Origin: Welwitschia mirabilis | Lineage: Eukaryota | Reading direction: 5' to 3' | Length of the DNA stretch: 36,451 nt | Assembly: GCA_051453625.1 (NCBI GenBank) | Contig: JBOZIK010000001.1 | Coordinates: 47,389,012 to 47,425,462 of the forward strand | Shown here: positions 12,894-24,385 of the stretch, piece by piece | Numbering within the stretch: position 1 is the stretch's first letter | Layout: the number at the start of each line of letters is the position of its first letter | Position numbers and translations under genes: made by a program | Notes under the pieces: model-generated | The model's database searches: none | The model's input: the letters and a program-made list of their open reading frames with translations, nothing else | What the model was told of the DNA's origin: nothing

Positions 12894-14665
12894 ATGAGGT
12901 ATGTTTTCTCTTCCTCATCTTTTTTTAAAAATTCTTTCTCCCATCTGTTAGCCTTTCAATGTGTAGTTTTCACATATATTAATTAGTTTTTTGTGCTCTT
13001 TGATTTGGAATTTACAGATTTGATTTTCACTATGTATTTCGAAAGTTCAATTATGCATTTTATAAGAAAGTTTAGATTATTATCTTTAACACTCAATTTC
13101 TCACAAATTGTAAGTCAAAACATAGTGGTCCTTTAGGGTAAATTGATTAGTTCAATGTGTTCTACGATTTTACTAGATTAGATTTTTCATTTAAGTGCTT
13201 TAAATTTTTACCTTATGTGGGGCCCACTTAAAAAATTATTTTTCCATTTTTCATGTGTTTCAAAATTTTCTTCTCATGACTATTCAATATGAGATGTATT
13301 GATATCTTTAGGGGTTAGGACATATTTTCATCATTTTTTACATTTTTATTAATTTTGAGGATTGTTGTTAAGCATCCATGTGACGTGTTTAGCTTGTCTA
13401 TCCAATATTGCATAATGTTTTTGCATATTTTTGACTTAGTAGGCCTCATACACATAGAGATAGATAGACTAATGCTAAGGCTAAAGCTGTAGAGTAAGAG
13501 GTGATTCTATTAGTGCTGCCAAAGATTAAGTGTGCAGAGCCTCTGCATCCTCCACCTCAACACAGACATTTAGTTACCATTCAAACCACTACTATCCATG
13601 TTAAGCATTATTGTAGAGACTTTATGAGTAGACTAAATCTAGAGGTTGATCAAAGGCTCTCTAATCTTCAGCTCCAATAGATTCTAGATGCATATAGGAC
13701 ATATTATGTATCAAAGATCAGAGAATTTTATGACATAATACACATTGAGTAATAGCCTGATTCTCGTGGTTACCTCATGAACATCACTGTAGCTTCTATA
13801 TGGGATCACGAGATAGCTGTACTCCCAAAAAACATTACAGTAGTTACAAATCTAGGTGGTGTTGGGAGTTTATACATTCATTTTGTTGGAGGTATGAGGA
13901 AGTTTTATACATATGGTGTAGTATTAGACATCCTAGTAGATTTGATGCTAGATAGGCAGGGAGCTCTTGTGACTCAGTTGACCTCTACATATAAAGTTTT
14001 ACACTAAGAGGCTAATCCATAACATCATCCCTTCATTTTATGGTAGCCATGTTATGGTTACACATTTATAGATTTTGGCAGCATTTCTGTAGGATAAGCA
14101 GATGGATTTACCTATCTTTATTTGGAGGAGACTTAGGTCGATGGTTGAGACACAGCAGTTATAGACTCTGGCATATCCATACCTCTTCTCAGTCTTATTT
14201 CGATAATTTGAGATACCAGAGCCCATAGGTGAGCAACGCCTTTTGCATATTTAGACTTTAGCTCACTATCTTTAGGACATGAACATGTAGATGTTAGAAG
14301 AGGTAGAGAGACCTCAAGTATAGAGATCTACGATTGAAGTTACATTAGAGCAGATTCAGACCCTCCTGGTAGAGGCTACTAAGACTATTAGGGATTTCAT
14401 TAACAGAGGTATTTAGATATTAGATCAAAGGATCCAGACATTAGAGCAAAGGAAATAGATAGTTGAAAGAACAGTTTAGCACTTTGAGAAGCAGATAGTC
14501 GGCATATGTCAGTGTGTCATATCCATAGAGTAGAGCACGACAATTAACCTCCTAGAGGTAGTCTATATATATAAGATAAGATATTTCATACCTTATCTAC
14601 ATCATTGGATCTTCATTTCCTTGTAGACTCTGAGCATTCCTCATCTTCTCCTCTTGTACCTTAGC
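12894..14665 (+). pseudogene. Element A accessory (env-position) ORF remnant of the plant transposon protein type, with predicted intron 12899-13442
   Basis: ATGAG|GTATGT...TTGACTTAGTAG|GCCTCAT splices to M-R-P-H-T-H-R, in frame with RTYYVSKIREFYDII. Further remnants are LTSTYKVLH, LIHNIIPS, DKQMDLPIFIWRRL, LAYPYLFSVLFR and a coiled-coil-like tail. Many stops. Confidence 0.7.
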
Positions 14666-15219
14666 TTGCTGCTTATACAGAGTTTATCATGAGATATCGA
14701 GGGGAGTGAATTTTATCATATTTTATATCCCCCCTCTATACTTTTTGGTACTAAAACTCATAATTATATATATACACATATTATTATTTTTTTTTTTAGC
14801 ATGGTGTAGTTTTGATTTTCATTCTTATCCTTCTTTTCACATTTCATGATGGGGATCAACTATATTTATCATAATCTTTTTATTTATTTGTTGTACATTT
14901 GATAAGGGGCTTTTAATTATTAATGTATTCATTCACTATCTATTTAAAAATTTTTATTATAGGTTTCTATTTTCCAAGAATAATTTTTAAGTCTGTCATC
15001 ATCCATATCATCCAAATGATAACCTAGATGACGATATTATCAGTAACTCAATTAGATGAAATGTTTAATTTTTTATTTTTACATAGTTCAGTCTAAAACT
15101 CTAAGCTTTTTGAAAATTTTTCTAAGATGATTTTTCAATACCTTAGTTTTTTTAATTATTGGATAAGTTGATTTACAATCATAGTTAACCACCTAGTTTT
15201 ATCAGGAACTGACAATGCT

Positions 15220-15231
15220 AAGTGGAAGCTA
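15220..15231 (+). promoter_or_regulatory. Degenerate polypurine tract of element A
   Basis: AAGTGGAAGCTA immediately before the TG of the 3' LTR. Confidence 0.5.
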
Positions 15232-16337
15232 TGTTGCACTGCCAACTTGCATGTATTTAATAGGGTATTTTGAGTAGTTTTTCAAGATATTAAACAAGTT
15301 TATGCTAAATTTCTATGATAATGGAGAAATGAGATGAAAGATATAAAAACATGCAATCTTCATGATATTTTACAGCATTTAAAGCAGTTTACAATATTTT
15401 CTATTTTGAATAAAACTTCTTGCAAACATTAAGATTGATGCATCACATAGACACTTGTAAAAATCCTATCATTCACTTCATCGTTTAGACAACCATACAG
15501 ACAACAAAACATTTAAGCTAACAAGGATGCTGACTGAAATTAATTTGATAGATGACATGAAATTATTATGAGATGGCATTATCCCCTGTATTATTCAGAT
15601 GATTATTAGGATGACATCTGTTATAACTCTTCACTGAACTTCATCTAACTTTTTCCATTTGTCTTTATGTTTCTTATGTAATTATTATGGTTGTATCCAC
15701 ACCTATTTGTATTGCTTATTTGTGAGTCTATTTTTATTAATAAGTATCAACTCTAACTTTAGCTCCTGGTTGTCTTTGCTTACACCAGAAATTCTCGTGA
15801 TAGGAGATCGAAGGTCTAAAGATTTATCCATTGTAGTTGCAAAGAGACATCTTCCTTGTTATTAGGTTGTGCGTCCTCCATTAAGGTGCGACTACTTTGT
15901 AACACAGATGTTGGTTCAAAATTAATTTAAAAAACTCTATTCTATTTTTTTATGCTTATTGTATACTTATCCCTTATAGTTTATGTTTCTTCTAATTTCG
16001 TGATAGCTTCTTAAGTGATATAGATTATGAGGGCAACCTTTATTAAGATTGAGCTTTATTAGTTTATATGCATTGTCTTTTTCTTTCCTAGATTAACTTT
16101 GAATAAGTGTATTTTCGTTGTTTTTTTATGCTTTTTTATCTATTTTTGTTATTAGAGTATGTAGGTGTTTTATCTTAAAATCAATTCTCTTTCTTCTAGC
16201 CTGTGCCTTTGATAGATTACAACATTCGAGTCCACTCTCATCTATATTAGTGTGTTGTGTTGTGTAAATCTATATTTATTTGTGAATAACAAAATCTTCT
16301 TAGGAGCATAAAATTTACCCAAATATACACCACAACA
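15232..16337 (+). repeat. Element A 3' LTR
   Basis: TGTTGCACTGCCAAC...ATACACCACAACA, with terminal inverted repeat TGTTG/CAACA. Confidence 0.93.
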
Positions 16338-17680
16338 ATAATTATCTCCAATGATCTATTACCTATTAAAAACTTCAAGATACTTTTATGTAGATCATTA
16401 ATTTTTAAATGTAGACATTCACATTTCTTCTCTTTTATTATTGAAATATTTTGAAGATATCTAATTCTCTTTTTACATTGTACTTCTTGATTTCTTGAAG
16501 TTTTTTGTCAAGATTCAATTTGAGTAACAACATCTTCTTTTCTTATTCACATTATATTATTTCCTTCTTCAAGAGAATGTTCTCTTTAAAAATCTTTTTT
16601 CTTTTCTTCAAAGAACTCAAGATAGGCATCCATTATATCTTCATCTTTGTCCTTATCTTCTTTTACATTTCCTTTTATTCTTTTTTCTTTGATTTTTATT
16701 TCATCTTCTTTCATAATAGATAATCAATCTACTTCTTCATTATTTTCTTTACCACCTATAAGTGTTGAGACATTTTCTAAGTCTAATTTATAGGGACCAG
16801 TTAAATCAAAATTAAAACCATCATTTATATTAGTGATGATTGCCATATTAGATGAAGTGAATATCAAGAGAGATATTCTCTTATTTTCATGAGTTTCCTT
16901 TTTATCTGATTCATCATTCCAAGTGTCCATATTGCATCTATCTCTGGAGTCTTTTGATGCCTTCTTTTTTTTTGTTGTTTGGACACTCAACTATCATGTC
17001 TTTAAATCCTGTGCAAGTTAGCATTACATACTTTTTAAATTTAAAGTTTTTATTAGGTATTAAGGATGTGTCACAATCTCTCCTATTTATTCATTTATTT
17101 ATTTCTAATATCTCCTTGAATTTTCTAGTAAATAATGCTAGTTCTTCATTCATGTTAGAATTAGAATTAGAAGAATAAAAGCTAGGAGAATTATCATTGT
17201 TATTATGTTTAGATGAATCTTTGTGAAGATGCCTTAGCTCAAATGTTAAGATGTCACTCACCAATTCCTTTATATTGATGTTATTAATATTCTTTATGTC
17301 TTTAATTTATAATACCTTTTTTTCATAGGATTTTAGAAGAGACTTGATAGCTTCTTAATAATTTAACTAGATTTAAAAGGTTCTCCAAGTTCCCAAACTC
17401 CATTGATAATGTCCATAAGCTTATCATTGAATCTTGTGAAGGTTTTCTCATATTGCATTCAAATTTTTTGAAATTATGTTATGAGCATTTGTTTCTTAGT
17501 CTTTCTTAATTTGATTTATTCCTTCATATGTTACCTAAAAGTGATAGCACATATGTTTTATGATTGTAAACTTTCTTATTCTTTTTATAATATTCTAATT
17601 GAGTGTGTGACATATTGCATTCATTACCTTCTTATTAAGAATTAACTAATCTTTATCTTTTCATGATCTCTTTTGTTTGA
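16338..17680 (-). pseudogene. gag: SIRE-like Ty1/copia gag pseudogene, downstream part
   Basis: The minus strand gives KVMNAICHTL, VTYEGINQIK, EKTFTRFNDKLMDIINGVWELGEPF and KELVSDILTFE (UBN2/Retrotran_gag_2-like). It also has a decayed CCHC knuckle (..TGF..MIVECP), TWNDESD and KINDLHKSILKFLIGNRSLEII. Confidence 0.88.
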
Positions 17681-19148
17681 TGTTTACATACAAAAATTAA
17701 CATTCCAAGTAAGTATATTTCATCAATTTTATATAGAAAAAGATATTAAATTAGTCTTTTTATCATAAAATAATATCTTCTACCCTTTTTATCATATTCA
17801 TGAAATTATGATTTTTCTTATAACATTTTTAGGTTATTACTATTATCTAAAAGACATTTTGCAAATTGAAGATAATCCATCAAAAAATACTGATTTCACT
17901 ATCTAGGTCACTAGGGCTAGTGGTATTTCAGGGTAAAATCAATTCATTCTTACATTCTTGAATTCTTATAAGAAAGACATCACATTTCACTTATGGGCTT
18001 AATTAGATAATAAATCATATTTAACCTTTAACTTTGATGATAAATGATGAAAGTATAAAATAATACATTACAACATGTGGTAGCAATGAGGACAATGACA
18101 TAGATGATACATGGCATGAAATCTAGGGATAGCTACACCATCATTCAAAGTGTATCTCATCTCCTTCTTTTTTCATAAGAAGGAAAGAAATCCTCCATTA
18201 AAGCTACATATCAAATTTTGTAACTTCCTTGTCAAGTAACTACCTAATAAGCGTAATCCCTCTAATGTAATCACCCATCAACCACTACATGTCAAATATT
18301 CCTAGACCTTTTCTCATCTATAAAAGAGCCTTGGCCCTTTACTGTAAAGGATATTTGATTCAAAAATGTAGTGGGAATACTTAGAGCATCATGACATGAT
18401 GGCTTTCTAAGCACCTCCTTTAGGAGTGGGCTTGATCTAAGGCTAGTTTGAGAAGTTCATTTTAGTTTCATCTTTCTCTCTTAATGTAATGTAGTTTCTA
18501 AATTAAGATAAGAAATAGTTATTCATTCTTTTATTTCTAATACACATTAACATGATAACAATAATCTTTAGGTGAGACTCTTTCTTATTATTAATATTAT
18601 CATAGTTGTTTATTCTTTTATTTTTAGTGCATATTAACATGTTATTAGTAACCTTTAGATGAGACTACATCATCAAGATCTTTAGGATTGAGTGAATTCT
18701 CTAAGTTAACTTTTTGGTTGTAATTGTTATTATGATATAGATCTTTAAGACAATTGTACATTCTTTTCATGTTTATAAAATACTATGAAGGATCAAAGTA
18801 ATTATTAATTCACTAATACGAATGTGGTACATGAGATTATGTTACAAAACCTAAGCCACCATGAGTGGATTATTTGAAGTTTATGTTTCAACAGTACAGG
18901 AAGTTTTGGAGTGAAAGTGGGTTATTGAACAAGTCAAACTAAACCTCCAAATCATGCTCATCTTCATACATCACCAAACTTAGTTTACAAAATTATATTA
19001 AACTCGTGGATTTTCCTTTTATTTCATTTCATTACAGGATTAATTATTATGCTACTTTTGATAAGTTTACCATAAGTATCCTTATGAAAAAAATGATACT
19101 GAGTCATCATTTAGTTTATTTCAGTTTGATTGCACTCAATAATAAAAA
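17681..19148 (+). repeat. Element C 5' LTR
   Basis: Direct repeat of ~24386-25884. TATA box TCTATAAAAG near 18317. Internal ~88-bp tandem duplication at 18514-18668, shared with the 3' LTR. Confidence 0.88.
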
Positions 19149-19153
19149 GATTT

Positions 19154-19171
19154 TGGTGTTGTTGATAAGGA
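19154..19171 (+). promoter_or_regulatory. Degenerate tRNA-Asp PBS of element C
   Basis: TGGTGTTGTTGATAAGGA versus TGGCGCCGTTGCCGGGGA; 6 of the 7 differences are C>T or G>A. Confidence 0.65.
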
Positions 19172-19710
19172 TATTGGTATTGCATCTTTTCAAAAGCATG
19201 TACTTTTTCTTTCTTGTAAGTTTTTTGGTTAGTTTTTATTTTTTTAATGATTGGTACTTGTCTATTTGTAGTAAAAGCCAAAATATTCCTTTTCTTTTTG
19301 TTTTAAAGTGTTTTTTTTTTTTTTTTAGTGGTTGGTACTAATTTTGTTTTAATGAAACTTGAACTAGTCTCTTTTTGCATTTAGTTTAGTTTTTCTACTC
19401 TAATATGAGATATATCTTTGTACCTAATATTTTGTATTATAGGTCTAATGCTTTTTCTATTGGTTGTAACCAAAATCAACATTTAAAAAGTTTTAAAAAC
19501 TAAACTAGAACTCTAACTTGTTGTGTTTTTTCTTTTTATTTTTGTAAATTTTTTATAAATTATTTTAATTTCTATTCTGTGTTTTCAATTTTTGATAAAA
19601 AATTTTGAAATGAAAACCGTTTAGGATTTGGTTTCTTAGGTTTTTTTTTCTAAGTTACAATCATTTTGATTTTTTATTAATTATTTTTGTACCTTGAAAT
19701 GTGAAACATT

Positions 19711-19760
19711 TTGTGTGGCCTCGAGCATAAACTAATTGTGTGGCCTCGAGCATAAACTAA
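19711..19760 (+). repeat. Perfect 25-bp tandem duplication
   Basis: TTGTGTGGCCTCGAGCATAAACTAA x2. Confidence 0.95.
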
Positions 19761-19889
19761 CTCTTTTTCTAAGCCATTTTGCCTTTAAAAGACTAATTTT
19801 TCCATCTTCCCTGACTAACATAATTGACCTTTTTGCTCTAAGAACCTTTAAACTTTGCATATGTTCTCTTCTCTCCTCTCTGAAAATTT

Positions 19890-21560
19890 TATGATACTGG
19901 GCCTCCTCTAGAACTATAAAAATTTATCAAAACATAATCTTTTAGTGAATTTCATAGACCATTTTTTGAAACTAAACATGGGTTGGAAATGTAATCTATT
20001 TGCTAGATCATATAAAGTACCTTTACAACTCTATTCTATCTATGGGAACTGTGAAAAATCTTATAACTTACCTAATTATGTTCAAACTAACTAAACTTTA
20101 AGGGACTACCTTCAATGAAACCCAAACCATTTTAAACCCTAAAATCCTCCTGATATGAGGCAAATCTTTGGAGAATATCTTTAATGATTAGAACCTCATG
20201 AGTATATAGATCAATCTATTTGAAACCTTAAGTTTGAAAATCTTTATTCTGAATAATAAGAGTTTGATCCCATGCCTTCCACTGCCCCTCAAAACCCTTC
20301 ATCTTTCTTTCTATCTTCTTCTTTCTTTTACCCTTACTTATACAATAAATAATAACCTTATTCATCTACCTTATTATAGGAACTATTAAGAAAATTTATA
20401 GATCCTAAGCCCAATTTAATCATGATCATGAATAAACTAAGAAACATTTCTCCTCTTGAGTAATCTAGAATTTACCACTCAATAACTCTCTTCCAAATTC
20501 TTAGAAGATAACTTACAAAGTTTTTGAGAAAGTGTTATCCAAATCCATTTTAACATTTCTTTGCCTCAATCATCTTTACATATATGGAAAAAAACATTGA
20601 AGGAACCATAAAACCTAATAAATAAATCATAGAACATCTTGAACAAATCAATCAAAACAACATGTAACATATTTAATAAATTCTCTCTTCTTTAAAACAT
20701 AGTGAACCTAACAATTAACTTGAACTTAACTGACAAGGTAAAAAAAATCCTTCCACATTGTATAAACCCAATAATCTTAAAAAATTTAAAAGGAGTAATA
20801 GTAAAAACGATGATATCCAAGTCATATCCTGAAGGGATAAGGAAGAAATCATTGAGTAAATCCATCAATATTTTTAATTTAAGAATGCACTAGAGAATAA
20901 TCAATTATTTGTAAAAAGGATATACTTTTAATAGAGGATTAAATATATCAGAGAATGAGTAATCTTTAAAAAATGAGCAATCATTTAAAGAAGGATACAT
21001 CTTTGAGAAAGAGAATGAGTCAATAAGGAACATCAATGAGAAAGAAAATATTAAAAAAGAATCCTTATTTAAATTATAATCATTATCAGTTATGCAAGCA
21101 TATGAGGAAGAATCCCCTAGTAATATTCATGAAGAGAATAATATTAGCAAAGATTCCATACACAATCTATTCTACGAAGAACCTTTGTCTTTTTCTTAAT
21201 AACTTCATAAGTTAAATATTCACCTTTACTTTTATCTTCTAAGCAAGACCCCAGCTTTAGTTAAGAAGATAAACCTTCTTTCAATTTAGAATCATTTCTT
21301 CTTAATGAACATTCACTTTATCTAATGGTTCCTGGCTCACTTTTATCTACATTTCAAAATGATATCTTACATGAGTTGTTGAATAAATATAAACAAGCTA
21401 AAGGATGGATTATTTCTGAATTCGAACATAAAAACTTTACTACTTGTGTTGATGTTCTTTTTGATTTTACACTCATGCGTAAACATATACATGGATTCTC
21501 TCCTAGATTAGAACTCTTAGCATAAATTCAATCCATCATCCAAGCTATGCATTTTTCACC
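19890..21560 (+). pseudogene. Highly decayed gag-like region of element C
   Basis: Coding-like remnants: ..LEDNLQSF, N*QGKKNPSTLYKPN (cf. the Athila gag QGxLPSxxxxNP motif) and an E/N-rich low-complexity tract. Weak similarity. Confidence 0.4.
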
Positions 21561-23357
21561 ATCTTGAGGCTTCATACATATGTCACGTTGGAATATTTCT
21601 TTTAAAGTTTTTAGATTTATTATGTTCTATTAGTTTAAATTTTTCCTTTATAATAAATTTTCCCCTTAGATTAGATTATGAAAAAACATAACAACTTTGA
21701 AAACATCATTGCTTGATGGTCTTTCTTATTTTAAACCACTAAATCACTATCATTTTTATAATTACTACCTTAGATATTTTTATTTAGAAAATCCCCAATT
21801 TCATCTATAACATAGAATAAGTCATTATCACCTTAAACCTCATCATCCATTCCTTCCACTTTAGCATTACCTCATAAAACTTACAAATCATTCATTATTA
21901 TCATCGATCCATGAATTCTTAAGTCTTGATGATCCTTGTTAATGATATATAATAAATAAACCATTAATAAGTGATCACATTATCATTACAAATTAGGTAG
22001 AATTTAATTTTACTTTTACTTTTTAAAAAAAAAAGGATGTTGCTTCTTTTTGAGTTATTTTGTTAAGGTTAGTATAACTTAAGATCTCAAAGTTTAAAAA
22101 ATGTGGTTCAAAAAGGTTAAATCTATCCTCATATTATGTTTTATATTTTTAAGTATTTTATGGGAACAAGACTTTCCTTGATTAGGCTAATGAGTGAATG
22201 ATCCCTCTTTCATGTGCATAAAAAAATATTGAATATGAGATGTAGAAATCAAAAGAAAATAAATTATCTTTTTCCCAAAATCCCATTATATTGATTAATT
22301 AAAATTGGATTTAATTAACTATATCAAGGCTATAGATGCTCATTGGTAATGTGGCTCTAATAATCCATTTATGACGTATTCAACTGCATCAGGGCTATAG
22401 ATGCTCACTGTCAATGTAGCATTATCTCCTTTATAAAATAATATGCTTAATTCTATTGGAAGAAGATGCCATAACTTTGGATGCTTAATTTGATCTAAAT
22501 GCTTAAAATGAGGAATATGTATGATTGTAGAAAAGGTAAAAATTAGAAAGAAATGGTGGGATTTGGAGATACTTGTGTGAGTTCTTTCTTTAACTTGAGC
22601 ACTTAAAGATTTAAGTAACCAATTTTTGGATTTTTATAGGTTTACTTAGAAGATACCTTATTGGCTTTTACATTATGATTAAATTTAGAATAAGACTTGT
22701 AAAATTTTGAATAAGTGACCATTTAACTTAGATCTTCTATCTCTGGATTTATGACTGAAAAGTTTCCATTAGATTTTATGTTTTGTTTTTACTAATTGCA
22801 TTTCTAGACATGGTATTTTATGAGAGAAAACATACAAAAGAAGCACAGCTATGTTTATCTTAAAATGACTTGTCAATCCACACCTTAATTCATGAAACAA
22901 CTCATCTTGACCATTACATAAGTTATATGATCCGATGGTTATATTTCACCCCTACATCTATTAGGAAAAAACCTTGTTTTCCTTCATTCTTTCATCACTT
23001 TCACAAGACCAACACCTTCCTAGTGCTACAGTTGAGCTTATGTCTACTATACAGCTGTTGTTTCCACCTTGAACTGGTGTCAGTTCTTATCACAAATGGC
23101 ACCATCGCCGTTTGTCTAAGTCTTGTGTCCTACTCTTACACATAGTCCTCTTTCATGTATCTTAATATTCTGCATAGCTGAAGTGCAACTTATGTTTTGT
23201 AATTTTTAGTTTTTTTGTATAGTTGCCCTAAAATATTTCTTAGAATTCTATCTTCATTATATTTTTTTAATTTTGCTCTCACATTCATTTTCTTCATTTT
23301 TGTCATTTCTATTTATTTTTCTATTTACTTTTCTTTCTTGCTTATTTTTCTAGAAAA

Positions 23358-24350
23358 ATGGTGAAAGATAAGGTTCCTTCATTAATGATAGTATTTTTGG
23401 CTTCTTTTTGAACATGTTTCTCTTTATTACCTAGCCAGAATTAAAACTAAAGGTTGTAACTACCTACTTAAAGAAGATACTACATTACATCATCCAAAGC
23501 AAGTACTTAAATTTTATAAAAATGTAACATTTAACAACAAATACCATTGGGTAATTCTTTCACATATACAATGCACTTCATTTTCTATTTTATTAGTTGA
23601 TTTTGAAGTAGTCTTAGGGGTAGAACATTTAAACCATTCCCCTTTTGCTTTAGTAAAAACTATGGAATACTATTATTATGCCTTAGATGTAGAGTATTCT
23701 TCCAATAAAGAAGATGTCCTTCCATGTAATGTTTTACATAAAAACCAACTTTCCTTATTTATATTTATCATTTATAATATGTTACCTACATCACATGTCA
23801 CAAGTGCTTATAGCAACCATTTATACCTCATTAGGATAATCCACAATAATAAGCCCTTTAGCATTGTAAAATTCTTGTTTAGAATCAATATTAGCCATGT
23901 AGGTCATAAAAGTAACCTTTCCTTACCCTGCCTTCTTTTGGATATGATTCATAACACCCTTTGCCACACTTTAGATTATGAAGGTTAGGAGAGATCATAC
24001 ATAGAGATAATTACCCCTCATAATATTACCTAAATTCAGAAGTGTCATAATGTTGATTAGATCCTAGGATAGCAATAAGAATAGCAAGAAAATAGTAAGA
24101 AGAGAAGAAATCAAAGGAAGAAACTTATCATTATCCATCTCCTCTTCATTTCATTTTTCTATATGTAACTCCTTATGTATCTCCAACATCTTACCATAAA
24201 GACAAGAAACCTATTGGAGAATCCTTCCATCCTCCTCCTTTTTCCTCGTTTTCTCCTCCACCTACTCATTTTCCTTCATCATCATCTAGTGGAACATTTT
24301 TAGAATAGGTATCAAAAAAACATAAGACTTGGAGTATCAAGATATGGGAA
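23358..24350 (+). pseudogene. Element C accessory ORF (plant transposon protein type); stop-free 23392-23988
   Basis: KTKGCNYLLKEDTTLHHPKQVLKFYKNV...LHKNQLSLFIFIIYNMLPTSH...LYLIRIIHNNKPFSIVKFLF...LSLPCLLLDMI. The motif order is the same as in the element A accessory ORF. The ATG at 23358 follows TTTTTCTAG but is one frameshift away from the long frame. P/S-rich tail. Confidence 0.7.
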
Positions 24351-24385
24351 AATATGAAGAAAGGTCCTAGTTGTGAAGATAAGGT

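Larger units (their letters stand above)
3562..16337 (+). mobile_element. Element A: full-structure, degenerate Athila-like Ty3/gypsy LTR retrotransposon
   Basis: Two direct 1106-bp LTRs, tRNA-Asp PBS, domain order gag-PR-RT-RH-INT, FM(D/N)DFS RT motif, long post-pol region with an extra ORF. All frames are broken by stops and frameshifts. No matching target-site duplication. Confidence 0.93.

Noticed and set aside
19006..19341. 111-aa hydrophobic ORF
   Set aside because: It spans the LTR/PBS junction and poly-T leader; spurious.
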